NCBI GenBank assembly: GCA_024679065.1
Contig: JAGIQG010000006.1
Coordinates: forward strand, 90,830,001-90,894,000
Direction of reading: 5' to 3'
Source of the DNA: Sphyrna mokarran
Taxonomy: Eukaryota
DNA: 64,000 nt
Shown here: positions 53,706 to 64,000 of the stretch, in pieces
How positions within the stretch are numbered: the stretch's first letter is position 1
Layout of the letters: each line of letters opens with the position of its first letter
Translations under genes and position numbers: made by a program
The notes under the pieces: generated by a model
Database searches by the model: none
Seen by the model: the letters and a program-made list of their open reading frames with translations, nothing else
Told to the model about the DNA's origin: nothing

Positions 53706-56700
53706 TTTTTCTCTCTCTCTCACTGACATGCTTTTATATTTTGTATTTCCAAATACAATTTCAAAAATTTCCTAGTGGAAACCAATCTTGGTTGAATAGA
53801 ATTGCAGAACATTTTTGGGATGTAGTTTTTCAAACTGGGTCTAGCCCAAAGAGTGCTAATAGCCTTTAAAAGAGGTGGTCAGTATTTGATATTTGTGTGA
53901 AACTTGTCAATAGCCACGACAATTCAGATGGGGAAGAGGTGGTGGGGTGAGAATACCTACTACGCGTTTCACTCTCTACAAAATCTTTGCTAGGGTTCCT
54001 TTTGTACAGCACCTTTTTGGACCACCCTAGTTGTATAACACACCTCTTCATCAGAAATTGGTTTGTACTTGTAATCTGGGTTACATAAACCTACTTTTTC
54101 TCTGCTGTAGGCAGTTCTGATTAAAGACTTCACTTTTTGTTGTCATGACATCTCAAACATGTTTTTGTTGTAAAGCATTTTGGTTGAGAAGTCTGACTTA
54201 ATTTTGGTCGGCCTGTTCTCCATTTGGTTTCCAACACAAATTGAGAATTATTCTACAATAAAGATGAACCATGTGGCTTTTTCTCCAAAGAGATGCTTGC
54301 AAAAACTATTTATTGCTACCAGTCTTGCAGGGGATGGGGGCATGCTAAAAATCTCAGCATGATATGCAGCTCATCTGAACTTAGTTCCATCAACTGGATT
54401 CATCAGAGTAACTGAAATGCAAATCTGCACCTGAGACTTGGCAAGCAGCTGATGCTGGTACCTGATCCAGTTAATTGTAATAGATTTTTCTTTATTGGTA
54501 AAGTATATTTTGTGGTTAGAATGTTCTCTAATTGTTGACATTTCTGTAGTTACAACTATAGTCCATAGCTCTTGGAGACCAGCTGACCTAAAGCCAAAAG
54601 CAAACATTTTTACTGTCATTTTTCAATTACTGCACAATTCTATCATTTGGAGACACTCTTTGATAAGTGAATTGGATACTGTGATATTGCACTACCCTAT
54701 GTAGTTTGCCAATCTTCTGAAAGGCTGATTTTTGTCATGAAGTCAGATATAAATCATTGATGCTTGAATGGATTGTAAACGAGCTAGCCAATCATAAATA
54801 TTTGAATTAAATTCACAGTTGGTTGCATGCCTTGTAAATTTAAAAACAATAACTGTTAAAAGGTGGTATAACTTCCCCACTATCAGTTTCTCTGATCCTG
54901 ACCTGCTCTATATTTAGGACATGTTGGATCATTTAAATTGCGAAATATCCCCAACCATCTCTTTTGAGGATAGCCAATCCTTCTACCTCTTCTGTATTGA
55001 GTTGCAAAATAAACTGGCTGCTTGATCTTTTTTGCTTTTACCTGTTGGCTGAACAAAACAGGCATTCCACTGTCAAGTGCTTGAATGGTTGATTCATAAA
55101 TTGTTTGAAAAGCAAGCTTGATATTGTGGAAGCGCAGAAGGATTCAAAGATCTAGGTTCAGAGGACATTAAAGGCAGGTTAATTGGTTTTATTTCTGAAG
55201 AGCAGTCTCCATGAAATTTTGTTTTATCACTAGGAGTAGAATGGGAAGCAGAATTTGTCAGGCTCCTGATGAGCCTACCTTGTTTCTGCTTCTCCCATGC
55301 TATAAATCGATATAGGAGGCACCAAGACGAGTGAGACAAGAACTGAGGGTTTATACTAACTCAAAAGATGGAAGCTCTTTATTTTGAAAAGAGTGTTTGT
55401 TTGAGAGAGGCTTAACATTATGGAAGGATTTGAGGTAGATACTGAAATGATTCCATTGGTCCAGTAGAGTTGAGGTAGAGCAACAATATTGCGACTATAG
55501 ATATCTCCTCACCAATAACGAGGAATTCAGAACTTTGATTTTAAAAAATGGAACATGCCATCACAAATAGCAATTAGTATAGATGCATTTGTAAGGCTAA
55601 CATGGATGGATGAATGAATGAGGATGTTATTGGGATTAGATGGTTTGGAGGGGGCTTGTGTGGGATATTGGGCTGATTGGCCTCTTTCTAAGCTGTCAAT
55701 AAATACGGTGTGATATGAGAATATATTAAAATCTAAGTGCAACATTAAGATCCAAACTATAGTAATGCTATTAACATAAACAGATTCACGAGGATGCCCT
55801 CTGACATGAGGCTGACAAAACCATGCAGATGATGGAAATGTGTGAATTATATTGGTCTACAAAGACCTATGTAATTGAACATAATGCTAGAAATTTAAAC
55901 AGGTTGTAAGATGTTATCTTTAGTCAGCTATGCAATTTGCTATTAGTGATTTGAGGAAATATTATGATTAGCTAGATGAGCGAAGGTATATGGGACCAGG
56001 AAGAGAAGATATGTGGTGCTTAAGTAGAGGGTAAATGCTGACTAGGCCAAATGGCCTTACTCTTTGATTTTAAACCTCTGGTTCTTTCTAGCATGTGACT
56101 ATTCTAACTTTTTAAATCAGCATAATGTGCTCTTCCATGGCCAAGTAGAAAAATTCCAAAATTGCTACTTTAAAGGTCCTTGGGCATGTTGGATTTGTTT
56201 CAAAAGAAGGTGCATGGTCAAATCTCTGCAACAGCTGTGTTGTACAGGATGCTAATGCTTAGTGCACACTTCTGACGGCTAGCTGAAGTTGCAAACTATT
56301 CTGGTAGAACCTTACAATTTTTGTTAGGAGTCTGAGGAGTTCTTTGGGTGTCTTGGTCAACATTTATTCCTCAACTAAGAGGCTGCAGTTGATTATTCTG
56401 TCAGCTGTTTAAGAAATTTCTGAATGGAGATCGCTACCTAAAATGCAGAAATGATTTGTTAGCTATGAAATGTTTAGATGGCCTGATGTTATAAAACGTT
56501 GTGCAAGTTGGCTTGTCTTTTTTTTTTCCATCGTGTATTGAGAAGTTTTCATTTGTTCTGTTCCTTTCTCTTCCTGTTTAGCTTTGTGTGGAGTGCAAGT
56601 TGCATCATCTAATTGTCTAACCACCTTGCTTTTTAGGCTTGTAGCTTCATCCTCTGATTTTAAATTGTGTTCAAATAATTTTTTAAAACCTTTTCATTTA

Positions 56701-58189
56701 AGTTCTTAAACCCATTAAAATGCAACTGTCCTACATAGGTCACCATGATTAAAGATATGGAATTGCACTATATATTGATTACTTGGAGAGGGAAGGGTAA
56801 ATTTCATTAACATTTTTTTCTGATAAAGCAGCATGTGGTCAGCTTTGGGCTGAAACGTGGGAAATAATAACTGTTCCACAAGTGTCAGCCTGTCAGTGAC
56901 CCTTTCCAGCAAAGGCCCTGTGAATTTTCTGTCACTTTCCTCTAACATCCTGCAAAGTCATTCTTGATCATGAGTTCAACTAGATGCACGTGTGACAGTA
57001 AGATCAGATGCTGTATACTGTGTAGTAACCAGCTCGCCATCTGATTTGCCTGTGCCTCAATTATAGGGACATCATTACCATACGGACAGTTTGATTTGAG
57101 ATCCAGAATCTCAATTTTCAGCTTGGCCAAATGAGGGGTGGCGATTGTCAAATATTGTTTCCTTTCTAACCAACATTTTGTGTTTCCTGCAAGAATACAT
57201 GACCAGGATTTTTCTTTACATCAGTTTTTGAATGGACATGTTAAGATCTAACTCCAGTGTTTTGTGTAGAGCAATATTTGTCCAAAACTTTTTGGACCAG
57301 TTTTGTAAATTTGAAAGGACCAAATTTGGAAATTAAGCTGTGTACAAAAAATATTTCTCAAACTGCTCTGTACTGTTCTGTTAAATTCCTGACCCTTGGT
57401 GTCACTGCTTAATTTTAATTATCTGGCAGCAAGATGCTTAGAGATCTATGTTAAATGTTTGGATGGCTGGTGACTTGAGATGTCTTAAACTCTTCGAGGG
57501 CAATTTATAGTTTGAATCTTCAGTGCTGGCACAAAATGTCACTGTTAAAACTTTGTTTTCTTCAACTGTATAGTTGACTCAGTTGCATTTGGTTGAAAAA
57601 TCCAAACGTTGAAAACTGAACAAAATCTTTTACCATGTCTTAAATATCATTTCAAATAGTCATCTGACATCTGTTCAGTATCTTGGAACTGAACTGGTGA
57701 TGGGAAATAGTCAAAATCTGCATTATTAGCCTTGCATAAAATTGGAGAGGCTGTTGATGGGATGAACAAAATTTTGGCAGCTTGAACAACCAGATTGTGG
57801 CTAGATGAGTAAATTTCAGTGACATATAACAGGAATACATGGCTTTGCAACATATGTCATGCCCATTAATCACAGCATTGGCTTGGATCTAAATGCAGAA
57901 ATTGCATTTGCTGTATGATGCATCAGTGATCCATTTTTAGATAGACACTATTATCTGCATGAATTTAACTAGATAATCTAATGTAGATTAGTTAACTAGA
58001 TAATTAACTAGATTTGTAAATTCTCAGGCAAAAATTCTTGTTGCCCCAGCTATCCCTATCCTAAAGCAGTCTGAACATGTAGGATTTTTGTTGTCTTGAC
58101 CTTGAACAAATATTCTGTCATCAGTAAAAATGTTGGCCTTAAATATTAATTGCATCATTTGGAAGGTAATTTGTGTGAATGGTTTGAAA

Positions 58190-58330
58190 CCAATGCTGTA
58201 AAGATCTGGTTGCATCTGTGCAGAGAGAGAGTTTTTGTTTCAGCCAAACTTTCAGCAGGGGTCAAAACAACAGTCTGTTTCTCTCTATAGATGCTGCTGA
58301 GTGTTTTCAGTGAGTGCAATATTTTGGTTT
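58190..58330. repeat. Imperfect inverted repeat, probably Penelope-terminus derived
   Basis: gcatctgtgcagagagaga ... ctgtttctctctatagatgc arms around a short spacer. Confidence 0.5.
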
Positions 58331-58543
58331 TACACCAATTGTTTGAAGTCTGGTTAAAATCTGAATAAGCTGGAACAAAAAACAGGGTTTTTAATTGCTC
58401 TGAATAGAACTAACCAGTCTTGTACAAGATCACCCTGGGATGCTAGTGTTGTTTTGAATGCAATAATTAATTTCCAAGATCACTGTTAATTTTCCTTCTG
58501 CAAAATCTGTCATCTCTATCATGCAAAAAGATATTCTTTGTAA

Positions 58544-58846
<303 letters not shown>

Positions 58847-59460
58847 TAATTTTCTGCTGGAACTGTTCATAAATATGCATGGACAAAAATAGATTTAAGA
58901 GCTCACACTGACTTCAGTCATTTCCCACCCTGAAGGTGCAGGTTTGAACTGTGCTTTCACAGCTGGTGCAGTAATAAATTTAAAGCAGTTATAATCTTTA
59001 TTTCAAACCTACTATAGAGGATAGAGTTCTAATCCTTATTGTGTTATTTTAAATTTAGTAGATATGTAAAGCAAGACTTAAAGCTGAGACATGGGATTTT
59101 TACTCTTTAACAACAAATGTTTTCAAGGTAGCTTATACAGTAGTAGTTTGTCTGGAGTGTGCAGATAGGCACTATGTGAGGTCTCCAGAACTTGGATATG
59201 ATTGGCAAACAAAATTTGTTATGCTGCAGTGTAAATTGAGAGGAATGTTCAAGTTACTGCACACTTGGGTGCTACCACCTTCAGATTTGGGTGAAAGACT
59301 GAGCTATAAATTTTCTAGACTAAATCTTTGTTTAATACTGTTGACCAAGTGTTTTTAATGTAAACAAGTTGTACTCACATTCACTTGATATCGAGACTGG
59401 CCTTGCTTGACATCAAATAACTTTAAAAATGTGGTCTTGTGAGTTTCTCCTTGCCTGTAA

Positions 59461-59825
59461 GGGGAAGCGATGGCCTACTGATATTGTTAATCCAGAAACT
59501 CCCCTAATGTTCTGAAGACCCTGGGTTCAAATCTCGCCTTGGAGTTTGAATTCAATAAATATATCAGAATTTAAAAATCTACTGATGACCATGAAACCAT
59601 TGATAGCTGGAAAAAGCCCATCTGGTCCTGTAGGGAAGGAAATCTGCTGCCCTTGCCTTCTCTGGCCTATGTGACCCCAGAGCCACAGCAACATAGTGAC
59701 TCTCGACTACCCTCTGAAATAACCTAATAAACTACTCAGTTACACAAAGGCAGCTGGGTAACTCGATGTGCAATAAATGCTGGTCAGCCAGTGATGCCCA
59801 TATCCCACAAATGGATTAAGAAAAA
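59461..59825 (+). mobile_element. tRNA-derived SINE with L2/CR1-group tail
   Basis: B-box ctgggttcaaatc, body gatgaccatgaaacc...tagggaaggaaatctgc..., tail caataaatgctggtcagccagtgatgcccatatccca plus A-rich end. Confidence 0.75.
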
Positions 59826-60199
59826 GGCAATCTTCAGTGGGTGTAATCTGTCTGACTGGTTTCCAGTCCTGGGATTCTGATTAATGGAAAATATTGTCTA
59901 ACCTTTGAGACATTGGCACTTAACTGCTATTTTTTTAATTGTTTTCTGTCCTAATAAACCAGTTCTTATTAAATATAAATATTAACATGCTTTAATTTTG
60001 GTGTTGCTTGTTTTGGAGCAATTAAAAGGCTTTTGTGTGCAGGAGTAGACCACTGTGTCCCCTCGAGCCTTCAATAACTCCATCTACCTACCTTGGTTGT
60101 GTATTTCTTCTGCCCTGGCATTGCAAAAGATTCCAATTTCTGATTTTAAAAATTGAGCTAGTGCCTGTTGCTTTTAGTAAGGTTCTACGCACTCCCACC

Positions 60200-62745
60200 T
60201 TAGAGGCTTACAGCGTGGAAACAGGCCCTTTGGCCCTTTTTTTTGGGAAACCCCTTAAGCTAATCCCAGTTGCCTGCATTTGGCCCATATCCCTCTATAT
60301 CCATCATACCCACGTACCTATCTAAATGCTTTTTAAAAGATAAAATTGTACCTGCCTCTACTATTACCTCTGACACTTGTTCCAGACACTCAACCCTCTG
60401 GAAAAAAATTGCCTCTTTGGACAACTCTGTATCTCTCCCCTCTCACCCTAAACTTATGCTCTCTAGTTTTAGATTTCCCTACCTTTGGGAAAAGATTTTG
60501 ACTACTACTGTGTCCCTCTTTTTTTTAGACCTCTATAAAGTCACCCTTCAGCCTCCTACGCTCCAGAGGGGAAAGTCCTAGTCTATTCAGCCTCTCCTTA
60601 TGTCTCAATCCATCAAGTTCCCGTAGCATCCTATTAAATCTTTTTTGCATTCTTTCTGGTTTAATAATATCCTTTCTGTAACAGAGTGACCACAACTGCA
60701 GAGTATTCCAGGTATGGCCTTACCAATGTCTTGTACAACTTCAAGACATTCCAACTCCTGTAGTCAACATTCTGACCGATGAAACCAAGCATGCCAAATG
60801 CTGCTGTTTTCATCCTGTCCACCTGTGACTCTACTTTCGAGGAGCTATGAACATGTACCCTAAGATCTTTTTTGTTTGTAACTCTCCACGATTATCGATG
60901 ATTGATTCAAATCTCTGCTAGGGGACCTGCAATTTCCTCCTTAGCCTTCCACAATGTCCTGGGATGTACTTCATCAGGTCCCAGGGATTTATTTATCTTG
61001 ATGTGCATTAAGACTTTCAGCACCTCTCCTCTAATACATACACTCCTCAAGACATCCCCATTTATTTCCCCAACTTGCCTAAAATCCATGCTTTTCTCAA
61101 CAATAAATACTAATGAGAAATAATCATTTAGGATCTTGCCCATCTCTTGTGGATCTGCACGTAGATGACCTTGTTGGTCCTTAAGAGGCCTTACCTGCTT
61201 CCTTGATACTCTTGCCCTTTATGTATTCGTAGAAGCTCTTTGGATTCTTATTTGCCAAAACAATTTTGTCTCCTTTGCCCTCCTGATTTCTCTTCTACTT
61301 CTACACCCCCATACTTTTCAAGGGATTCGCTTGATCCTAGTTACCTATGCATGTCATGTGCCTCTTTTTTTTTTTCTTGACAAGGGTCTCAGGATAGTGA
61401 GTCATCCAGAGTTGCTGACTTCTGCCTGCCTCGCCCTTCACTGAGGCATACATTTACCCTGAACTCTAGTTAACACTTTGAAAGCATGCTGCTTACCAGA
61501 CATCCCTTTTGCCTTCCCACAGACTCCCCCTATTAACTTTTGCTAGTTTCTGCCTGATAACATCAAAATTGGCCTTGCCCCAATTCAGAATTTTAACTTT
61601 TGGGGCATAGCTATCTTAAATCTAATAGAATTATGGTCATTGGTCTCAAAGTGGTCCCTTGCAACACTTTCGTCACCTGCCTTTCCTTATTTCACAAAGT
61701 CAAGTTTTGCCCCCTGTCTAGTTAATCAATCCACATACTAAATGAGAAATTCCTCTTGAATACACTCAACAAATTTCTCTCATCCAACCCTCTAATACTA
61801 TGGCTGTCCCAGTCAATTTTGGGAAAGTTAAAATCTCTGGCTATTACCATTCTATTTTTCTTGGAGTTATCTGTAATCTCCTTACTTGGTCCTCAATTTC
61901 TTGCTGACTATATGGGGAGCCTATAGTATAACTCTGATTTCCCCCTTATTTCTCAGTTTTACCCATATAAACTCCATGGCCAAACCCTTGGATATATATC
62001 CACCTCCTCAGTGTGGCTTGTGATGCTTTCCCTGATCAAAAATGCAATTCCCTCCTTAGCTCCTGTTCTATCTTTCCTATAGCACCTGTACGCTGGAAGA
62101 TTAAGCTGCCAATCCTGTCACTCCTTAGCCATGTTTCAGTAATTGCTATAATATCCCAATCCCATGTAATGCATCAATGCCCTGAGTTCACCTGCTGTGC
62201 TTGTTAGGCCTCTTGCACTGAAATAAATGCAGTTTAATTTGGACTTCCCTTACTGTCTGTCTTGTTTTTGCCTGATCTGTCTGGTACTAGGATTACTGAC
62301 ACTGTCTTTACTAATTTAATGTGCTCTCTAACTTCTGTGCTGTCCTCAAACTTCTCTTGTCTCCCTATTGCTTTGGATTTCCCCCTCCTGCCAAACTAGT
62401 TGTAAACCCTCCATGAGTGGCTCTAGAAAATCTCCCCACCAGGATGTTAGTCCCTCTCCAGTTCAAATGTAACCCATCCTTCTTGAACAGGTCACTCTTC
62501 ACCCACCCCCAAAATCCCAATGATCCAAAAATCTAAATCTCCACACCCTGCACGAGCACTTATGCCAGGCATTCATCTGTCTAATCCTCCTCTTCCTACT
62601 CTCTGTAGCACGTGGCACTGGTAGTAGTCCAGAAAGTACTACTTTACAGGTCCTGCACTTAGCGTAACTCGCTCCATTCACATTTCAGGACCTCGTCTGT
62701 TTTCCTACCTATGTTGTTACCAATGAATGTTGGTACCTTCTATGG
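60200..62745 (-). mobile_element. CR1 LINE with ORF1 esterase remnant, endonuclease/linker and 3' end, but RT core deleted
   Basis: KVVLSGLLPVPRATESRKRRIRQMNAW..RFLDHWD (SGNH-esterase ORF1, 62499-62681); ILNDYFSLVF..SLGPDEVHPRTLWKAKEEIAGPLAEI (60907-61143); then a direct jump at ~60890-60905 to post-RT sequence (DLRVHVHSS..FGMLGFIG); tail acagcgtggaaacaggccctttggccc. Confidence 0.88.
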
Positions 62746-63309
62746 GATGTATTTCTCCCCTTTCCTGTTGTGGATATTCATGATTTTTAAAACTTCTGGT
62801 CCGACTTTCATCCAATGATGTTGTATTTGGTTGTTTGAAATTTATTGCCATAATTTTGCTTAATCAAATCTATCAATGTTTAATTGTATTATGCCATCTA
62901 TACCAATATTTATTAGTAAACCTATATATGGTGCTCTACTTCATTGGTTAAATCATAGTTTCTCCATTAATTACTTAGTTTGAGGACAGACCATAATCCA
63001 GATTCTATTTGTTAGCATTTGCCTTCTAGAAAGCGTTCAAATGCTCATAAAAGTTCATAAAGCCACTTGCTTGTCACCTTTTGTAACTTGATCTCTCCGT
63101 GCGTTTCCCTCACCATTTTCTTAGGGTGGGAGCTTTTTTTAGTTTCTAGGATCTGTCTTCACTGCATGTTCTCTAATACTATTTTTAGTGAGCTCCAGTC
63201 CTTGTTCCATTATTTATTTCCTTTTTGGAAATGCTAAATTTGTTGTACCTTTCCTTTCCTGTGAAAGCTGACAGAAGTAACTTTTCAAACCTCTTTACAA
63301 TCTCTCTGA

Positions 63310-63930
63310 GATTCACATTATGGAAGCATATTCTGTGTCCATATGCAGCTTGGGTTGATAGCTAACAAGTAATGGTCACTGCCTGACACTTGTTTGTCAA
63401 GAATATCTCCAACAAATGAAGATACTATGGCTGCAAGGGCAGGTCAGAAGCTAGGAAGTCTGCTGTGAGTAATTGACCTCATGTATCTCCCAGTGCCTGG
63501 CCACCATCCGCAAAGCCAAAATTGGGAGTGTGATGGAATTGGATGAGTGCAGCTGCAACAGTCTTCAAAATTGACACCATTTAAGACGAGCAGTCTGCTT
63601 GATTGGCAGTTCCACTACCACTGGATAGTGGCATCTGTGTATATCACCTCACTAGGACTCCTTTTGATTGTACCTTCCTAACTTGTGCCCTTTATAACAC
63701 TTGCAAAAACAAGGGTAACAGATCCATGAGTGTGCCACCAACTGGAACTTTGTCTCCAAGTCATATACCATCTGGATTTGGAAATACATCGCTGGAACTA
63801 ACACCATTCCTCCATTTTGCGGGGTCAAAATCCTGGAATTCTTGTGGGTATACCTGCATCATATGGGCTGCAGATGTCCAAGAAGGCATCTCACTGCCAC
63901 CTTAAGGACAGTTAAGATTGGATAACAAAA
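63310..63930 (+). mobile_element. Decayed L2/CR1-group LINE 3' fragment
   Basis: RAGQKLGSLL..LATIRKAKIGSVME..WMSAAATVFKIDTI..AVCLIG-like C-terminal ORF2 text; tail related to the 13865 element and the 32190-32335 fragment. Confidence 0.65.
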
Positions 63931-64000
63931 ACTAACCAAGTTAACCATTCTTGTCCACCTTTCTCCTGCATAATTAAGAACTACTAAGCGATCGGAGGAT

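Overview
Eukaryotic genomic DNA from a vertebrate, most likely a cartilaginous fish (inferred from HE1/V-SINE-like, CR1 and Penelope-like repeats). The window holds the 5' part of an ELAVL2 (HuB) neuronal RNA-binding protein gene on the + strand. A CpG-island promoter (~3.1-3.6 kb) is followed by a U-rich non-coding first exon ending at 4064. Four coding exons follow: an alternative N-terminal exon at 22271-22361 (MAVRLCDVATLLRSGSWAAEPWTG, missed by the ORF track), then 26210-26465, 37716-37819 and 58571-58724, encoding RRM1 and most of RRM2. The gene continues past the window end. The introns contain many decayed retroelements, including two nested insertions (CR1 in CR1; CR1 in a Gypsy integrase) and a CR1 with its RT core deleted. 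I found no clearly new protein-coding system. The most interesting untested signals concern splicing: a candidate recursive splice site mid-intron 1 (ttcttcAG|GTAAGC at 12588/12589), a TAG-CAG-GTAATT composite site at the main start exon, QKI/RBFOX motif clusters around the alternative start exon, and inverted SINE pairs bracketing exon pairs. Two CR1 copies also share nearly the same 5' truncation point. Repeat boundaries and family names are by eye and approximate.
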